A stretch of DNA of 64,000 nucleotides, taken from the NCBI GenBank assembly GCA_050951545.1, contig JBMNJG010000004.1, positions 224,001 to 288,000 of the forward strand, in the 5' to 3' direction. This stretch comes from Limnochordia bacterium. Its GTDB lineage: Bacteria; Bacillota; Limnochordia; DTU080. The notes below the pieces were generated by a model. The model made no database searches and had not been told where the DNA came from. It worked only from the letters and a program-made list of their open reading frames with translations. Position numbers and translations under genes: made by a program. Positions 11,801 through 26,235 of this stretch are shown piece by piece. Within the stretch, counting starts at the first letter, position 1. Each line of letters starts with the position of its first letter.

Positions 11801-12594
11801 CCATCCTCTATGATGGACGTACAGGTGAGCCCTTCGACAACAGAGTTACGGTGGGTTACATCTATATGTTGAAGCTCCTGCATCTCGTGGACGACAAAAT
11901 CCATGCTCGGTCAACAGGCCCCTATTCACTGGTTACCCAACAGCCGCTTGGCGGCAAGGCCCAGTTCGGCGGCCAGCGTTTCGGTGAGATGGAAGTGTGG
12001 GCCCTCGAAGCGTATGGGGCTGCCTATACGTTGCAGGAGCTACTTACTGTGAAATCTGACGACGTAGTCGGTCGTGTCAAGACCTACGAAGCCATCGTCA
12101 AGGGCGAGAACGTACCGGAACCCGGAGTCCCGGAGTCCTTCAAGGTACTGATCAAGGAACTGCAGAGTCTGGCCCTCGATGTCCGCGTGCTCGCGGATGA
12201 GGCTACGGAGATCGAGATTCGAGAAGAAGAAGAGGACATCAGCGAGATGGCTCGCGAGCTCGGTATTGATATCCATGGCCGCGACGAAGAAGAAGAGGAA
12301 GAACGAGATCACGACACCGCACGTTCGAGTGAACGGGGAGTTGCTAGCGGACGTGGATTGGGTCAGCTCATGATAGAAGACGAGGACGAAGACACTGAAG
12401 ACGATGATGAGGATGTCGTTGCGCTCGATGAGGAAGACGAGGCTGAAGACAACGACGATGAGGACGAGGAAGAATTTGACGTGGATGTGGAGGATGACCC
12501 AGCTGTTGATGAGGATGAGGATGAGGATCTTGCGCTCGCCGAGGATGATGATGACTTCGCCGAGGATGACGATGACGGAGGCACCGAAGACTAG
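8869..12594 (+). CDS. rpoB: DNA-directed RNA polymerase beta subunit with a long acidic C-terminal tail
   Basis: [25 protein letters not shown] and [14 protein letters not shown]. Confidence 0.99.
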   Translation: MAIATQLGKRQRISFGKIHEVLEMPDLIEVQRKSYAAFLREGLIEVFADISPIQDFTGNLVLEFIDYVLGEPKYDIAECKDRDVTYAAPLRVRVRLINKETGEVKEQEVFMGDFPLMTDNGTFIINGAERVVVSQLVRSSGVYFDRVYDTSGKILFKASIIPNRGAWLEFECDANDCIYVRVDRTRKIPATVLLRALGYGTNAKINDLFQDAEPIRATLERDNTESEAEALVEIYKRLRPGEPPTEESARALFETLFYDPKRYDLAGVGRYKANKKLRMMPRIVGRIAVEPVVVPETGEILIDAGMKIDRRQAEQVEKAGIASVVIEGRDGVPVKVIGNGAPDSDVKTIAPGDIVATIDYIVGLMYEIGSVDDIDHLGNRRLKSVGELLQNQFRIGLSRMERVVRERMTIQDVDIITPQALINIRPVVAAIKEFFGSSQLSQFMDQTNPLAELTHKRRLSALGPGGLSRERAGFEVRDVHHSHYGRMCPIETPEGPNIGLIGSLCTYARINEYGFIETPYRRVDQGRISDEIVYLTADEEDNYVVAQANEPFDDNGHFLHPRVSARYMDKIVIVPADEIDFMDVSPKQLVSIATALIPFLENDDASRALMGSNMQRQAVPLLRSDAPYVGTGMEFKSAVDSGAVILAKEDGVIERVSACEIVLRGDSGQEHRYRLTKFARSNQGTCINQRPTCQHGQRVRKGEMLADGPSTDQGELALGRNVLCAFMPWEGYNYEDAILISEKLVKEDVFTSIHIEEYEAQARDTKLGSEEITRDIPNVGEDVLKDLNDDGIIRIGAEVRPGDILVGKVTPKGETELTAEERLLRAIFGEKAREVRDTSLRVPHGEGGVVVDVRVFSRENGDELSPGVNRLVRVYIAQKRKISEGDKMAGRHGNKGVVARIMAEEDMPFLPDGTPVEIVLNPLGVPSRMNLGQVLETHLGLAAKAMGIYVATPVFDGATEKEIDELLRKAGQPVDGKSILYDGRTGEPFDNRVTVGYIYMLKLLHLVDDKIHARSTGPYSLVTQQPLGGKAQFGGQRFGEMEVWALEAYGAAYTLQELLTVKSDDVVGRVKTYEAIVKGENVPEPGVPESFKVLIKELQSLALDVRVLADEATEIEIREEEEDISEMARELGIDIHGRDEEEEEERDHDTARSSERGVASGRGLGQLMIEDEDEDTEDDDEDVVALDEEDEAEDNDDEDEEEFDVDVEDDPAVDEDEDEDLALAEDDDDFAEDDDDGGTED

Positions 12595-12672
12595 GCCTGC
12601 TCAGTAGAGCCTGCTGTTGGGACACGGTGCCCCCAGGCGTTACGTCCTAACGTGGTAAGGAGGTTGACGCTT

Positions 12673-15600
12673 TTGCTCGACGTCAATAATTTTGACCGGA
12701 TCAAAATCGGACTCGCGAGCCCGGAGCTGATCCGGGAGTGGTCTAGCGGCGAAGTGAAGAAACCTGAGACTATTAACTATCGTACTCTAAAGCCCGAGCG
12801 GGAAGGACTCTTTTGCGAAAAGATCTTCGGCCCGACTCGAGACTGGGAATGCCACTGCGGCAAGTACAAGCGTGTGCGCTACAAGGGTATCGTCTGTGAT
12901 CGCTGTGGTGTTGAGGTCACCCGAGCGAAGGTGCGGCGCGAACGCATGGGCCATATTGAGTTGGCCGCTCCGGTTTCTCATATCTGGTTCTTCAAGGGGA
13001 TCCCCAGTCGCATGGGGCTGCTCTTGGACATGTCGCCGCGGACTCTGGAGAAAGTGCTTTATTTTGCCTCGTACATCGTGGTCGATCCTGGTGACACCCC
13101 GCTGGCGAAGAAGCAGCTACTGACAGAGGGCGAGTATCGGGAGTATCGGGAGAAGTTCCCGAACGCCTTCAAGGCCGGCATGGGAGCAGAGGCCATTAAG
13201 AAACTCCTCGATGAGATGGACTTGGACGAGATGTCCGAGGAGTTACGCACAGAGATAAACGACAGCTCTGGGCAGCGTCGGATGCGTGCCATCCGGCGGC
13301 TCGAGGTAGTCGAGGCCTTTCGCAAATCGGGCAACCAGCCTGAGTGGATGATTCTCGAGGTCATTCCAGTCATCCCTCCGGAACTGCGTCCGATGGTGCA
13401 ACTTGATGGTGGTCGATTTGCTACATCTGATCTCAATGACCTGTATCGGCGAGTGATCAATCGCAACAACCGGCTCAAGAGACTGCTGGAGCTTGGAGCC
13501 CCCGATATCATCGTGCGCAACGAGAAGCGCATGCTTCAGGAGGCAGTCGATGCACTCGTAGACAATGGTCGCAGAGGGCGTCCTGTCACAGGCCCAGGCA
13601 ATCGCCCGCTAAAGTCCTTGTCGGATATGCTCAAGGGCAAACAGGGCCGCTTCCGTCAGAATCTGCTGGGCAAGCGTGTGGACTACTCGGGCCGTTCTGT
13701 GATTGTGGTGGGCCCTGATCTCGAGCTGCACCAGTGCGGACTTCCCCGGGAGATGGCTTTGGAGCTGTTCAAGCCCTTTGTGATGAAGCGTCTCGTGGAT
13801 GAGGGGCATGCCCACAACATCAAGAGTGCTAAGCGCATGGTGGAACGTGTGCGCTCCGAAGTCTGGGACGTTCTAGAGGAGGTTATCAAGGAGCACCCAG
13901 TGCTTCTTAACCGGGCGCCTACGCTGCACCGCCTCGGCATTCAGGCCTTTGAGCCTGTACTCGTGGGCGGACGGGCGATTCAGATTCACCCGCTGGTCTG
14001 TGTGGCCTATAACGCGGACTTCGACGGCGACCAGATGGCCGTACACGTGCCCTTGTCCGCTGAAGCACAGGCTGAGGCTCGTCTATTGATGCTCTCGGCC
14101 CACAATATCCTGCTTCCTTCCAGTGGTCGCCCGGTAACGACGCCTCACCAGGACATGATTATCGGCTGTTTCTACCTCACTAAGGAGAAGGCAGGCGAAA
14201 AGGGTGAGGGTAAGGCGTTTATAAGTCCCGAAGAGGTTAGAATGGCGTACTATCATGGGGATCTGTCGCTGCACGCTCTGATCAAGGTTCGCCTGGACGG
14301 TGAACTCGTAAAGACAACAGCGGGGCGCGTCATTTTTAACGAGGTGATCCCCGACGAGATAGGTTTCATCAACGAGGTAATCGATCGGAAATCGCTGGGA
14401 CGTCTCGTAGACAGCCTCTACCGCAAGTTCGGTGCTACTGGCACCGGGCAGGTTCTTGACAAGATCAAGAAACTGGGCTTTGTCTTTGCCACACGTTCAG
14501 GTACCACGGTGGGTATATCCGATATCGAGATCCCTGCAGAGAAGCATGAGCTACTGCGCGAAGCTGAGCATCTGGTGGAGCAAGTGGAGACACAGCATCG
14601 ACGCGGGCTGCTTACGGCGGAGGAGCGCTATCAACGTATCTGCGACATCTGGGCTCAGGCAAAGGATGATGTAACTAAAGCGATGGTCGAGCACCTAGAT
14701 GACTTCAACCCAGTGTGGATGATGGCTAACTCAGGCGCTCGCGGTAATGTGCCCCAGTTGTCTCAGCTCGCCGGCATGCGCGGTCTCGTAGCAGACCCGA
14801 CTGGTCGGACGATCGAGATTCCGATCAAGGCTAATTTCCGTGAAGGCCTAACAGTTTTGGAGTACTTCATTTCGACGCACGGTACGAGAAAAGGACTTGC
14901 GGACACCGCCCTGCGTACTGCTGACTCCGGGTATTTGACCCGGCGCTTGGTCGATGTCTCGCAGGACGTCATTGTGCGCGAGGAAGACTGTGGGACCGAT
15001 CAAGGCATTCGGGTGGGGGCCATCAAGGAGGTCACTGGCGGCGTCGAAGAGATCATTGAGCCTCTGCGTGACCGCCTCACTGGGCGCGTGACTGCCGAGG
15101 CAGTGGCTCATCCTGTCACTGGGGAGATCATGGTTGAGGATAACCAGCTGATTAATGAAGAGGCAGCCTCAGCTATTGAGGATGCAGGCATTGAGCACGT
15201 CTGCATTCGCTCTGTGCTCACGTGTCGGTCGCGCTGGGGAGTTTGCGCCCGGTGCTACGGTCGGAACCTGGCCTCAGGTCAGCTTGTGGAAGTTGGCGAG
15301 GCAGTGGGCATCATTGCGGCACAGTCGATCGGTGAGCCAGGAACTCAGCTCACGATGCGGACCTTCCACACTGGTGGCGTAGCCGGAGTCGACGACATCA
15401 CGGCCGGTCTACCTCGTGTCGAAGAACTCTTCGAAGCACGTAAGCCCAAGGGTCAGGCGATCATCACCGAGATGGACGGAGTCGTACATTTCGTTGAGTC
15501 CAAGGGCGTCCGCAAGGCAGTGATAACTGGCGAGGACAACGAGGAAAAGGTCTACACGATCCCGTATGGGGCGCGCTTGCGAGTGCGAGATGGTCAGACT

Positions 15601-16230
15601 GTGGAGCTTGGCGACAGACTGACTGAAGGTGCGGTCAATCCGCACGATATTCTCCGAGTGAAAGGAACTCGCGCAGTTCAGACCTATTTGGTACAGGAAG
15701 TACAGGATGTCTACCGTTCTCAGGGCGTCGACATCAACGACAAGCATATTGAGGTCATCGTTCGCCAGATGCTACGCAAGGTCAAGGTGGAAACACCGGG
15801 AGATACTGAACTGCTTCCCGGAGGCCTCGTGGATGTCTTCGACTTTGAAGAGGAGAACGAGCGCGTGCTGCGTGAAGGCGGGGAGCCTGCTACGGCTAAA
15901 CCAGCATTGCTTGGCATCACCAAGGCCTCTTTGGCCACGGAGAGCTTCTTGTCTGCGGCATCGTTCCAGGAGACAACGCGTGTACTCACGGAGGCATCGA
16001 TAAAGGGGAAATCGGACCCGTTGCTTGGACTCAAGGAGAACGTGATTATCGGTAAGCTGGTTCCAGCAGGAACTGGCATGGCGCGCTACAGACAGGTCCA
16101 ACCGCTGCTTCCGCCTGGGGCAGAGGAGCAGGAAGAGCCAGATGGCGAAGGAGCACCAAACGGTGTTCCGGAACGTGTTGGCCTCAGCACCGATATTGAA
16201 GTGCACACGCACGCCGAGGCTGAGATCTAG
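12673..16230 (+). CDS. rpoC: DNA-directed RNA polymerase beta' subunit
   Basis: NADFDGDQM catalytic motif and Zn finger; TTG start after AAGGAGG. Confidence 0.99.
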   Translation: MLDVNNFDRIKIGLASPELIREWSSGEVKKPETINYRTLKPEREGLFCEKIFGPTRDWECHCGKYKRVRYKGIVCDRCGVEVTRAKVRRERMGHIELAAPVSHIWFFKGIPSRMGLLLDMSPRTLEKVLYFASYIVVDPGDTPLAKKQLLTEGEYREYREKFPNAFKAGMGAEAIKKLLDEMDLDEMSEELRTEINDSSGQRRMRAIRRLEVVEAFRKSGNQPEWMILEVIPVIPPELRPMVQLDGGRFATSDLNDLYRRVINRNNRLKRLLELGAPDIIVRNEKRMLQEAVDALVDNGRRGRPVTGPGNRPLKSLSDMLKGKQGRFRQNLLGKRVDYSGRSVIVVGPDLELHQCGLPREMALELFKPFVMKRLVDEGHAHNIKSAKRMVERVRSEVWDVLEEVIKEHPVLLNRAPTLHRLGIQAFEPVLVGGRAIQIHPLVCVAYNADFDGDQMAVHVPLSAEAQAEARLLMLSAHNILLPSSGRPVTTPHQDMIIGCFYLTKEKAGEKGEGKAFISPEEVRMAYYHGDLSLHALIKVRLDGELVKTTAGRVIFNEVIPDEIGFINEVIDRKSLGRLVDSLYRKFGATGTGQVLDKIKKLGFVFATRSGTTVGISDIEIPAEKHELLREAEHLVEQVETQHRRGLLTAEERYQRICDIWAQAKDDVTKAMVEHLDDFNPVWMMANSGARGNVPQLSQLAGMRGLVADPTGRTIEIPIKANFREGLTVLEYFISTHGTRKGLADTALRTADSGYLTRRLVDVSQDVIVREEDCGTDQGIRVGAIKEVTGGVEEIIEPLRDRLTGRVTAEAVAHPVTGEIMVEDNQLINEEAASAIEDAGIEHVCIRSVLTCRSRWGVCARCYGRNLASGQLVEVGEAVGIIAAQSIGEPGTQLTMRTFHTGGVAGVDDITAGLPRVEELFEARKPKGQAIITEMDGVVHFVESKGVRKAVITGEDNEEKVYTIPYGARLRVRDGQTVELGDRLTEGAVNPHDILRVKGTRAVQTYLVQEVQDVYRSQGVDINDKHIEVIVRQMLRKVKVETPGDTELLPGGLVDVFDFEEENERVLREGGEPATAKPALLGITKASLATESFLSAASFQETTRVLTEASIKGKSDPLLGLKENVIIGKLVPAGTGMARYRQVQPLLPPGAEEQEEPDGEGAPNGVPERVGLSTDIEVHTHAEAEI

Positions 16231-16272
16231 AGACTGCAACCCAGCCGTACCCAAGGCTCTTGCGACTTGTGA

Positions 16273-16301
16273 TTGACAGTGCACGCCGCAACGTGTAGAA
16301 T
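16273..16301 (+). promoter_or_regulatory. promoter of the L7Ae-str operon
   Basis: TTGACA-17 bp-TAGAAT. Confidence 0.7.
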
Positions 16302-16358
16302 AACCAAGTGTGCCGCCTTGAGGTACGGCTGGGCACTCCAAGCCCAGGGGGTGTAGGC

Positions 16359-16631
16359 ATGCCGAGTCGGTTGAAGGAGGCGCGCCGGAAAGCGGTCGGT
16401 ACTAACGAGACGCTCCGGGCACTAGAGACAGGGTCTGCAGTGGTGGTCTTTGTCGCGGCTGACGCAGAACAGCGAGTGACTCGTCCCGTGCTGGAGCTGG
16501 CAGCGCGCCAGCAGCTGGAGTTGATCCGTGTGGAAGCGATGTCAGCTCTGGGCAGGTTGTGTGGCATCGACGTGGGCACGGCCTGTGCTGCGCTGCTGAA
16601 AGAACCCGCTGGTCGGGTGATGAACGTATAG
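16359..16631 (+). CDS. ribosomal L7Ae/L30e-like K-turn-binding protein (YbxF/RulS-like)
   Basis: VGTNETLRAL..VFVAADA..LGRLCGIDVG; position before rpsL. Confidence 0.88.
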   Translation: MPSRLKEARRKAVGTNETLRALETGSAVVVFVAADAEQRVTRPVLELAARQQLELIRVEAMSALGRLCGIDVGTACAALLKEPAGRVMNV

Positions 16632-16682
16632 ATTTTGGGTCTCAGGGGACATTCTCGTTTGTGCAGAAAGGGGGGACTATTC

Positions 16683-17096
16683 ATGCCAACGATTAGTCAG
16701 CTTGTAAGAAAAGGACGGCAAGCGTCTGAGAATCGCAGTGCGGCACCGGCCCTTCTCTATCGGTTCAACAGCAAGAAGAACCGCGTGCTAGAAGGAGAAG
16801 GCTCGCCACAAAAGCGCGGTGTCTGCTTGCGCGTATACACCCACACGCCAAAGAAACCGAACTCTGCTCTGCGCAAAGTGGCCCGTGTGCGGCTCACGAA
16901 CCAAATAGAGGTGACTTCCTACATTCCAGGTGAGGGTCATAACCTGCAAGAGCACTCGGTCGTACTTATCCGGGGTGGCAGGGTAAAGGATCTTCCTGGT
17001 GTGCGCTATCACATCGTGCGTGGCACCCTAGATGCCGCCGGAGTCAGCAACCGTAAACAGAGCAGATCGAAGTATGGTGCCAAGAGCGAGAAGTAA
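16683..17096 (+). CDS. rpsL: 30S ribosomal protein S12 (with Firmicutes-type insert)
   Basis: [10 protein letters not shown] and [12 protein letters not shown]. Confidence 0.98.
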   Translation: MPTISQLVRKGRQASENRSAAPALLYRFNSKKNRVLEGEGSPQKRGVCLRVYTHTPKKPNSALRKVARVRLTNQIEVTSYIPGEGHNLQEHSVVLIRGGRVKDLPGVRYHIVRGTLDAAGVSNRKQSRSKYGAKSEK

Positions 17097-17116
17097 CAGG
17101 CAAAGGGGGGAAGGGC

Positions 17117-17587
17117 ATGCCGCGCAGGGGATACGTGGCCAAGCGTGAGGTTCACGCTGATCCGGTTTTCAACAGCAAGTTAGCCACGCAGTTCATCAGT
17201 AAGCTTATGGTGGACGGGAGAAGGGGTCTGGCTGAGAGCATCTTCTATGAGGCCTTAGACACCGTTCGGCAGAAGACAGGAAAAGATCCTATCGAAGTGC
17301 TCGAGACGGCGATGAAGAATGTCATGCCCGTGCTTGAAGTAAAACCTCGCCGTGTAGGAGGAGCCACATACCAGGTGCCAGTTGAGGTCAGAGCTGAGCG
17401 TAGAACTGCTCTAGCACTGCGGTGGCTGGTCCAGTACACGCGTGAGCGTCCGGAAAGGCGCATGGCAGATCGCTTGGCGGCCGAGCTGATGGATGCGGCT
17501 AACAACCAAGGTAACTCGGTGAAGAAACGCGAAGATACGCATCGCATGGCTGAGGCCAACAAGGCCTTCGCACACTATCGTTGGTAA
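17117..17587 (+). CDS. rpsG: 30S ribosomal protein S7
   Basis: [11 protein letters not shown] and [15 protein letters not shown]. Confidence 0.98.
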   Translation: MPRRGYVAKREVHADPVFNSKLATQFISKLMVDGRRGLAESIFYEALDTVRQKTGKDPIEVLETAMKNVMPVLEVKPRRVGGATYQVPVEVRAERRTALALRWLVQYTRERPERRMADRLAAELMDAANNQGNSVKKREDTHRMAEANKAFAHYRW

Positions 17588-17660
17588 GGACAGTCTTCCG
17601 CTTGCTGCCACTCCAAAGAGGCAGTAGCGGTGGTTACCGTTTCAAGGGGGATTCAAGCGA

Positions 17661-19730
17661 ATGCCCAGAGCGCTACCTCTGGAAAACACACGAAACATAG
17701 GCATTATGGCCCACATTGATGCCGGCAAGACTACGACGACTGAGCGTATCTTGTTCTATACCGGACGCCTGCACAAGATGGGTGAGGTGCATGAAGGCGC
17801 GGCGACCATGGACTGGATGGTCCAGGAGAAAGAGCGTGGCATTACAATCACCTCGGCGGCGACGACGTGTCATTGGCGCGATCATCGTATCAATATTATC
17901 GACACGCCCGGACACGTGGACTTCACAGTGGAAGTGGAACGTAGCCTGCGGGTCTTGGATGGGGCGGTGGCCGTCTTCTGCTCGGTTGGAGGCGTGGAGC
18001 CTCAATCTGAGACGGTTTGGCGTCAGGCGGACAAATATGGCGTGCCACGCATTGCCTATGTGAACAAGATGGATAGAGTGGGGGCCGATTTTCGCCGAAC
18101 TATCCGCATGATGGAGGAGCGATTCGGGGCTGTCGCTGTACCAGTGCAGCTACCCATTGGGGTGGAAGAGGATTTCCGAGGACTAGTGGACTTGATCGGA
18201 TTGCATGCGCATTACTATGTAGACGACTTGGGTACACGTTCGGATGTTACTGATATCCCCACTGAGATGGTCGACGAGGTCGCACAAGCACGCACACAGC
18301 TTATTGAGAGAATCGCCGAGAATGACGATTTTCTGATGGCGAAGTACGTGGAAGGTGAGGAGATCACTCCAGAGGAGCTGAAGGCGGCTATCCGTCGCGT
18401 CTGCTTGGCGGTGAAGGTCATTCCCGTCTTGTGCGGTTCGTCATTCAAAAACAAGGGTGTTCAGCTGCTTTTGGACGCCATTGTGGATTTCTTGCCCTCG
18501 CCGCTTGACATTGGAGTCGTTTCGGGGATCAATGAGCTCGGCGACCCGATCGAGCGACGAATGGCCGACGATGAGCCGTTCTCAGCTTTGGCTTTTAAAG
18601 TGATGGCCGACCCGTATGTAGGCAGACTGACCTTTTTCCGTGTCTATTCAGGAGTTCTCAAGGCTGGCTCCTACATCTATAACGCTACAAAGGGCCGCAG
18701 AGAGCGCATTGGCCGCATCCTTCAGATGCATGCCAATCACCGCGAGGAGATTGAGGAGTGCTACTCCGGTGAGATTGCTGCAGCGGTCGGATTGAGGATT
18801 ACTGGCACGGGAGACAGTCTTTGCGCTGAAGATCAGGTGTTGGTGCTCGAGGTTCCGCTGTTTCCAGAGCCCGTGATCGACCAGGCAGTAGAACCCAAGA
18901 CCAAGGCCGATCAAGACAGACTGTCGATGGCTCTTGCTCGCTTGGCGGAGGAAGACCCCACGTTCAAGGTGCATACCGACGAAGAAACCGGTCAGACCAT
19001 CATATCTGGGATGGGCGAGCTGCATCTGGAGGTCATCGTAGATAGGCTGCGTCGAGAGTTCAAAGTCGAAGGGAATGTAGGAAAACCACAGGTTTCCTAC
19101 CGGGAGACCATCCGCAAAGCAGTCTCTAGTGTCGGCAGATTCGTCAGACAGACGGGCGGACGCGGCCAGTATGGGCATGTGGTCTTGGAGATTGAACCCA
19201 GCGAACCCGGGGCAGGGTTTGAATTCGAGAATCGGATCGTGGGTGGCGTGGTGCCCAAGGAGTACGTGCCTGCCGTGGAAGCTGGCATCAGAGAGGCCAT
19301 GCAGACTGGTGTTCTCGCGGGCTATCCCGTCGTTGACATCAAGGTAACGCTGGTCGATGGCTCTTATCATGAAGTTGATTCTTCTGAGATGGCCTTTAAG
19401 ATTGCTGGTTCCATAGGGTTCAAGGAAGGCGTGCGGAATGCTGATCCTGTGTTGCTCGAGCCGATCATGCGCGTGGAAGTGTTGACCCCAGAGGATTTCC
19501 TGGGAGATGTCATGGGGGATCTCAATGCTCGCCGCGGACGCATTGAAGGCATGGAAGCTCGAGGCAAGGCGCAGTTGGTAAGGGCCCTAGTGCCACTCGT
19601 CAGCATGTTTGGCTATGCGACGGATTTGCGTTCTTCCACGCAGGGACGCGCTTCATACACGATGCATTTTGAACGCTACGAGGAAGTGCCGCCATCTCTT
19701 GCTGAGAAAGTCATGAGCCGAGAGGTCTAG
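17661..19730 (+). CDS. fusA: elongation factor G
   Basis: [17 protein letters not shown] and GMGELHLE. Confidence 0.98.
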   Translation: MPRALPLENTRNIGIMAHIDAGKTTTTERILFYTGRLHKMGEVHEGAATMDWMVQEKERGITITSAATTCHWRDHRINIIDTPGHVDFTVEVERSLRVLDGAVAVFCSVGGVEPQSETVWRQADKYGVPRIAYVNKMDRVGADFRRTIRMMEERFGAVAVPVQLPIGVEEDFRGLVDLIGLHAHYYVDDLGTRSDVTDIPTEMVDEVAQARTQLIERIAENDDFLMAKYVEGEEITPEELKAAIRRVCLAVKVIPVLCGSSFKNKGVQLLLDAIVDFLPSPLDIGVVSGINELGDPIERRMADDEPFSALAFKVMADPYVGRLTFFRVYSGVLKAGSYIYNATKGRRERIGRILQMHANHREEIEECYSGEIAAAVGLRITGTGDSLCAEDQVLVLEVPLFPEPVIDQAVEPKTKADQDRLSMALARLAEEDPTFKVHTDEETGQTIISGMGELHLEVIVDRLRREFKVEGNVGKPQVSYRETIRKAVSSVGRFVRQTGGRGQYGHVVLEIEPSEPGAGFEFENRIVGGVVPKEYVPAVEAGIREAMQTGVLAGYPVVDIKVTLVDGSYHEVDSSEMAFKIAGSIGFKEGVRNADPVLLEPIMRVEVLTPEDFLGDVMGDLNARRGRIEGMEARGKAQLVRALVPLVSMFGYATDLRSSTQGRASYTMHFERYEEVPPSLAEKVMSREV

Positions 19731-19792
19731 CAGGAGCAGGCAGGCGTTGTGTTCGGCAATGCAGTGAAAGAACTAGGTTCGGGAGGAGTCAG

Positions 19793-20992
<1,200 letters not shown>

Positions 20993-21008
20993 TCGCGTGC
21001 TAGCTAGC

Positions 21009-21074
21009 GATGAGGCGGGAGGTTGCCTACCCCCACACTCAGAGGTGTGGGGTAACGGGGGAATTTCCGCGGAG
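21009..21074 (+). ncRNA. putative S10 (rpsJ) leader RNA
   Basis: GATGAGGCGGGAGGTTGC...hairpin CCCCACAC/GTGTGGGG...TTTCCGCGGAG resembles Firmicutes rpsJ leaders as recalled. Confidence 0.55.
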
Positions 21075-21112
21075 CATGCTCGTGAATCGGGCGATGAGGG
21101 AGGAACGTTGCT

Positions 21113-21421
21113 TTGTCGAAACAGAGGATCCGCATTCGGTTAAAGGCTTTTGACCACCGGATTTTGGATGGTTCGGCCGAGAGGATTGTCGAGACTGCCA
21201 AGAGGACAGGAGCCCTGGTATCCGGTCCCATTCCGTTGCCCACGGAGCGCAGGTTGTACACGGTATTGCGGTCGCCACATGTGCACAAGGATTCGCGTGA
21301 GCAGTTCGAGATGCGTACACACAAACGTCTCATCGACATTCTGGAGCCGACGGCCAAAACCGTAGATGCCCTGATGCGGCTCGATCTGCCGGCTGGTGTG
21401 GACATCGAGATCAAGCTATAG
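21113..21421 (+). CDS. rpsJ: 30S ribosomal protein S10
   Basis: [28 protein letters not shown]. Confidence 0.98.
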   Translation: MSKQRIRIRLKAFDHRILDGSAERIVETAKRTGALVSGPIPLPTERRLYTVLRSPHVHKDSREQFEMRTHKRLIDILEPTAKTVDALMRLDLPAGVDIEIKL

Positions 21422-21439
21422 GCGTTAGGGGGGACGAGG

Positions 21440-22081
21440 ATGCCAAAGGGAACACTGGGACGCAAGGTAGGTATGACCCAGCTTTTCACCAGCAATGGTA
21501 ATGTCGTGCCGGTAACGGTCATTAAGGCTGGACCAGTGCATGTGGTGCAGAAGAAAGCACTGGAAACTGATGGCTATGCTGCGGTCCAGTTGGGACTCGG
21601 TGAGAAGCTAAAGAATGTGAACAAGCCTTTGGGCGGTCACTTTGCCAAGGGGCAAGTGATTCCCGCAGGTGCGTTGCGCGAATTTCATACTGAGGACTCT
21701 GAGCTCATGCAAAGCCTTGAGGTTGGCGATGAGCTGAGGGTTGAGGCAGTGTTTGCTGAAGGCGAGTATGTCGATGTTGTTGGCACCACGAAAGGCAAGG
21801 GCTATGCGGGTGTCATCAAGCGTCACAATTTCCGGCGCGGCCCTATGGGGCACGGCTCTCACTACCACCGACGTGTGGGATCCTTGGGAGCGGTCGACCC
21901 AGCTCGAGTTTTCAAGGGGCGAAAAATGCCGGGCCGCATGGGCGGTGAGCGGCGCACAGTGCAGAGATTGCAGGTGGTCAAGGTGGACGCTGAGCGCAAC
22001 CTGCTACTTGTCAAGGGTTCTGTACCAGGCCCCAAGGGAAGCCTGGTAATGGTGAAAGAGACCGTGAAGCACAAGCGCTAA
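21440..22081 (+). CDS. rplC: 50S ribosomal protein L3
   Basis: [15 protein letters not shown] and KMPGRMG. Confidence 0.97.
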   Translation: MPKGTLGRKVGMTQLFTSNGNVVPVTVIKAGPVHVVQKKALETDGYAAVQLGLGEKLKNVNKPLGGHFAKGQVIPAGALREFHTEDSELMQSLEVGDELRVEAVFAEGEYVDVVGTTKGKGYAGVIKRHNFRRGPMGHGSHYHRRVGSLGAVDPARVFKGRKMPGRMGGERRTVQRLQVVKVDAERNLLLVKGSVPGPKGSLVMVKETVKHKR

Positions 22082-22123
22082 GGCCGCTATTCATGCGTAC
22101 CTGTGAGAAGAGGAGGCCCGACA

Positions 22124-22744
22124 GTGCCTAAGGTGGCCGTATACGATATGGATGGCCGGCAGGTCGGCGAAATGGACCTAAACGATGAGGTGTTTGGGGC
22201 TGAGGTAAACCAGGCTCTCTTGCACCAGGCAGTAGTGATGTATGAAGCTAACAAGCGCCAGGGGACAGCGAACACGAAGACGCGCGGACTCGTTCGCGGT
22301 GGTGGACGCAAGCCTTGGCGTCAAAAGGGAACTGGCCGGGCGCGGCAGGGGAGTATTCGATCGCCGCAATGGCGAGGGGGCGGCACTGTCTTCGGACCGC
22401 ATCCGCGTGAGTGGCGACAAGCGATGCCTAGGAAGGCGCGTCAGGCTGCACTGCGCTCTGCATTGTCTGCCAAGACTGCTTCTGGAGAGATTGTGGTTCT
22501 CGACAAGCTACAAATGTTGGAGCCAAAGACTAAGGTCATGGCGGAGTTTCTTGACACCTTTCGGGCTGGTAAGGCCCTTGTGGTTACGCACGAGCCCGAC
22601 GCCAACCTGATCTTGTCGGCACGCAACATACCGGGTCTGCTGCTGAGCCGAGCAGATGCGCTCAACGCGTATGCTGTGCTGCGTCATGATAAGCTGATGA
22701 TCACGCGGGACGCGGTGAGTCAGCTCGAGGAGGCGTTGGCCTGA
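22124..22744 (+). CDS. rplD: 50S ribosomal protein L4
   Basis: [19 protein letters not shown]. Confidence 0.97.
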   Translation: MPKVAVYDMDGRQVGEMDLNDEVFGAEVNQALLHQAVVMYEANKRQGTANTKTRGLVRGGGRKPWRQKGTGRARQGSIRSPQWRGGGTVFGPHPREWRQAMPRKARQAALRSALSAKTASGEIVVLDKLQMLEPKTKVMAEFLDTFRAGKALVVTHEPDANLILSARNIPGLLLSRADALNAYAVLRHDKLMITRDAVSQLEEALA

Positions 22745-23031
22745 TGAATGCTCGGGATATCATTCTGCGCCCGGTAGTCACAGAGAAGAGCATGAGCGAC
22801 CTTCTTCCGCTAAACAAGTATACGTTTGAGGTCGACGTGCGTGCCAACAAGGCACAGATTCGAGCGGCTGTGGAAGAGTTGTTCGATGTCGGCGTAGTGG
22901 CGGTGAACACGATGCGTTGCCCCGGCAAGCTCAGGAGAATGGGCCGTTTTCAAGGTCGTCGTCCCGAGCGCAAGAAGGCGATTGTGACGCTGCGTGATGG
23001 CGACAGCATCGAGATGCTTGAAGGGCTATAG
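22744..23031 (+). CDS. rplW: 50S ribosomal protein L23
   Basis: PVVTEKS and KKAIVTL. Confidence 0.96.
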   Translation: MNARDIILRPVVTEKSMSDLLPLNKYTFEVDVRANKAQIRAAVEELFDVGVVAVNTMRCPGKLRRMGRFQGRRPERKKAIVTLRDGDSIEMLEGL

Positions 23032-23042
23032 GGGGAGTTACC

Positions 23043-23873
23043 ATGCCGGTGAAGATATATAAACCGACAACGCCTGGCCGCCGGGATATGTCAGTCAGCA
23101 CGTTTGAAGAGATAACTCGGTCGAAGCCTGAGAAGTCGCTCACCGCACCACTGAAGTCGAGCGGAGGGCGCAATAGCTCTGGCCGCACGACGACTCGGTT
23201 CCGTGGCGGTGGCGTCAAACGCAAGTACCGGACTATCGATTTCCGGCGTGACAAAGATGGCGTACCCGGTAGGGTGGCCAGTATTGAGTATGACCCGAAT
23301 CGCTCGGCCCGCATTGCTCTAGTGCACTATGCGGACGGGGATAAACGGTATATCATAGCTCCGGTGGGCTTGGAAGTCGATCAGGTCGTCATGTCGGGTT
23401 CTGGCGCGGATATCAAGGTCGGGAACGCCCTGCCCTTGGCCAGTATTCCTGTGGGGACAATGGTGCACAATGTAGAGTTGTACCCCGGACGCGGAGCCCA
23501 GTTGGCTCGCTCAGCAGGGACCTCCGCACAGCTGATGGCTCGCGAGGGACGCTACGCAACATTGCGTCTTCCCTCTGGTGAGTTCCGCATGGTGTTGGTA
23601 GAGTGCCGGGCGACTATCGGTCAGGTCGGCAACACAGAGCATGAGAATCTAACTATCGGTAAGGCTGGGAAGACTCGCTATCGGGGTTTTCGACCGCACA
23701 CGCGTGGTTTGGTGATGAATGCTGTTGATCACCCGCACGGCGGTGGTGAGGGTAAGGCGCCGGTGGGGCTTCCTGGGCCGCTCACACCGTGGGGCAAGCC
23801 GACGCTTGGGGCCCGTACACGTAGGAAGAAGAACAAGTCAGACCGGTTGATCGTGCGTCGACGCAAGAGCTGA
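23043..23873 (+). CDS. rplB: 50S ribosomal protein L2
   Basis: [13 protein letters not shown] and DHPHGGGEG. Confidence 0.98.
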   Translation: MPVKIYKPTTPGRRDMSVSTFEEITRSKPEKSLTAPLKSSGGRNSSGRTTTRFRGGGVKRKYRTIDFRRDKDGVPGRVASIEYDPNRSARIALVHYADGDKRYIIAPVGLEVDQVVMSGSGADIKVGNALPLASIPVGTMVHNVELYPGRGAQLARSAGTSAQLMAREGRYATLRLPSGEFRMVLVECRATIGQVGNTEHENLTIGKAGKTRYRGFRPHTRGLVMNAVDHPHGGGEGKAPVGLPGPLTPWGKPTLGARTRRKKNKSDRLIVRRRKS

Positions 23874-23920
23874 CGCAACTAGCTCTTACCGCTTGCTACC
23901 ATTTGGAAGGAGGAGTGGCC

Positions 23921-24205
23921 TTGGGGCGATCGCTGAAGAAAGGACCATACGCTCATCCCAGCCTGCTGGCGAAGATCGAGCAAATGAATGAGTCCGGAAC
24001 GAAGCGGGTCATAAAGACTTGGTCTCGCGACTCTGCGATTTTCCCGGAGATGGTCGGGCATACCATCGCAGTTCACGACGGACGCAGGCATGTTCCAATC
24101 TATATATCGGAAGAGATGGTCGGACACAAGTTGGGTGAATTTGCCCCCACCCGTACGTTCCGGGGGCATAGCGCGCACACGGCCCGTTCTACGGCCCTGA
24201 AGTAG
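23921..24205 (+). CDS. rpsS: 30S ribosomal protein S19
   Basis: RSLKKGP and [11 protein letters not shown]. Confidence 0.97.
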   Translation: MGRSLKKGPYAHPSLLAKIEQMNESGTKRVIKTWSRDSAIFPEMVGHTIAVHDGRRHVPIYISEEMVGHKLGEFAPTRTFRGHSAHTARSTALK

Positions 24206-24226
24206 GTATTGAGGGAGAGTCAGGCT

Positions 24227-24562
24227 ATGGAAGCGAAAGCAGTTGCAAGATTCCTGCGTGTCTCACCCCACAAGGCCCGGGCTGTTGTGGATCTTATTCG
24301 GGGTAGGACGTATCCGGAGGCTTTGACCATTCTGGGTCTTACCCCCCGCCGGGCTTGTGCTGAGGTCGAGAAGGTTGTGCGTTCCGCTGGCGCCAACGCG
24401 CGGAACAATTTCAGCCTGAATCCGCAGGAGATGATTGTTGCAGAGGCCTTTGTGGATGAAGGTGCTACCATGAAGAGAATCAGACCTCGTGCTAGAGGAA
24501 TGGCAAACCGGATTCGCAAACGCACCAGCCATATCACGGTTGTGTTGCGGGACAAGGAGTAA
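24227..24562 (+). CDS. rplV: 50S ribosomal protein L22
   Basis: [16 protein letters not shown]. Confidence 0.97.
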   Translation: MEAKAVARFLRVSPHKARAVVDLIRGRTYPEALTILGLTPRRACAEVEKVVRSAGANARNNFSLNPQEMIVAEAFVDEGATMKRIRPRARGMANRIRKRTSHITVVLRDKE

Positions 24563-24606
24563 TTGGGCATCGACGTCACTGGTGACGTCAGAAGGGGGAG
24601 CAACGC

Positions 24607-25275
24607 GTGGGTCAAAAAGTTCACCCGTACGGGTTGCGGCTGGGCATCATCAAGGACTGGGAAGGCAAATGGTACGCTGATCGTAAGGAGTACAGCGCCC
24701 ACCTGCACGAGGACCTGGTGATGCGGCGGATGATCAAGGAGCGTTTCTTTACGGCGGGCGTACCGCGCGTGGAGATTGAACGGGCAGCCAACCGCACCCG
24801 AATTACAATTCATACGGCACGACCTGGTATGGTCATCGGAAGGGGCGGCACAGAGGTGGAGCGCCTCCGAGCCGAGCTAGAGCGCATGACCGGAAAACAG
24901 GTGCAGATCAACATTGTCGAGGTCAAGCAAGCGGAACTAGACGCCCAACTCGTGGCCGAAAACGTGGCCTTTCAGCTAGAGCGTCGCATTTCGTTCCGCA
25001 GGGCCATGCGGCAAGCACAACAGCGCTCTATGCGCATGGGCGCCAAGGGAATTAAGGTCCGAGTAGCGGGTCGACTGGGCGGCGCAGAGATTGCTCGCAC
25101 AGAGTGGACTAACGAAGGTTCAGTACCTTTGCATACGCTGCGCGGCGATATCGACTACGGTTTCGCGGAGGCGCGGACAACCTACGGTCGTATCGGGGTA
25201 AAGGTTTGGATATACAAGGGCGAGGTCCTGCCGCAGAGGCGTTCTGAGGCGAGGGCAGCGCAGGGAGGAGAATAG
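24607..25275 (+). CDS. rpsC: 30S ribosomal protein S3
   Basis: [12 protein letters not shown] and [10 protein letters not shown]. Confidence 0.98.
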   Translation: MGQKVHPYGLRLGIIKDWEGKWYADRKEYSAHLHEDLVMRRMIKERFFTAGVPRVEIERAANRTRITIHTARPGMVIGRGGTEVERLRAELERMTGKQVQINIVEVKQAELDAQLVAENVAFQLERRISFRRAMRQAQQRSMRMGAKGIKVRVAGRLGGAEIARTEWTNEGSVPLHTLRGDIDYGFAEARTTYGRIGVKVWIYKGEVLPQRRSEARAAQGGE

Positions 25276-25277
25276 CC

Positions 25278-25724
25278 ATGCTCATGCCCAAACGGGTCAA
25301 GCGCCGCAAAGTGCAACGCGGCCGCATGAAGGGCAGGGCCGAGCGCGGTTCGAGCGTGACCTTGGGGGAATATGGCCTACAGGCGCTTGAACCCGGATGG
25401 ATTACGAATACCCAGATTGAGGCGGCCCGTATCGCCATGACGCGACACATCAAGCGGGGCGGCAAGGTATGGATCAAGATATTTCCGGACAAGCCGGTAA
25501 GTGCCAAACCAGCCGAAACGCGTATGGGAAGTGGCAAGGGGGCACCTGAGTACTGGGTGGCCGTAGTGAAACCCGGCCGAGTGATGTTTGAAATCGGTGG
25601 GATCAGTGAGGAGCTGTCAAAAGAGGCGCTTCGTCTTGCTGCGCACAAACTGCCTATCAAGACGAAGTTTGTTAGACGGGATCAGATCGCAGCCGAAGAA
25701 GCCGCGGGTGGTGACGGAGAGTGA
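25278..25724 (+). CDS. rplP: 50S ribosomal protein L16
   Basis: ETRMGSGKG motif. Confidence 0.98.
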   Translation: MLMPKRVKRRKVQRGRMKGRAERGSSVTLGEYGLQALEPGWITNTQIEAARIAMTRHIKRGGKVWIKIFPDKPVSAKPAETRMGSGKGAPEYWVAVVKPGRVMFEIGGISEELSKEALRLAAHKLPIKTKFVRRDQIAAEEAAGGDGE

Positions 25725-25924
25725 AAGCTGAGGAATTGAGAGAGCTTACGGGGGATGAACTAGACGGACAGTTGGCTCATCTGAAAGAGGAGCTGTTCAA
25801 CCTGCGCTTTCAGGCGGTCACAGGTCAGCTGGATAATCCGGCACGAGTTCGGCTGGTACGCAAGGATATCGCCCGAGTGATGACGATCATGCGCGAGCGG
25901 GAGCTCGGCATTCAGCGGGTGTAA
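25721..25924 (+). CDS. rpmC: 50S ribosomal protein L29
   Basis: [14 protein letters not shown]. Confidence 0.96.
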   Translation: MKAEELRELTGDELDGQLAHLKEELFNLRFQAVTGQLDNPARVRLVRKDIARVMTIMRERELGIQRV

Positions 25925-25938
25925 AGGGGAGGGGCCTT

Positions 25939-26205
25939 ATGGGCGACACGTCAGTTCGTAATCAGCGCAAGACTCGCGTCGGAATCGTGGTCTCAGACAA
26001 GATGGACAAGACGCGTGTGGTCGCTGTAGAGCGCCTGGTGCAACACCCGCTCTACCGTAGGACGATCCGACAGACGGTCAAGTTGAAGGCGCATGATGAG
26101 GAGAACAGAGCAAACACTGGCGATCGGGTACGGGTCATGGAAACTCGCCCTCTATCGAAAGATAAGCGGTGGCGCATTGTGCAAGTGCTGGAGAAGGCCC
26201 GCTAG
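25939..26205 (+). CDS. rpsQ: 30S ribosomal protein S17
   Basis: [11 protein letters not shown] and [11 protein letters not shown]. Confidence 0.97.
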   Translation: MGDTSVRNQRKTRVGIVVSDKMDKTRVVAVERLVQHPLYRRTIRQTVKLKAHDEENRANTGDRVRVMETRPLSKDKRWRIVQVLEKAR

Positions 26206-26235
26206 CCAGACGATGGAAAAAGGGGGGCGGACAGG

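Noticed and set aside
12363-12584. Poly-Ser antisense ORF and GAY/GAR microsatellite-like stretch
   Set aside because: It is the reverse complement of the RpoB acidic tail codons.
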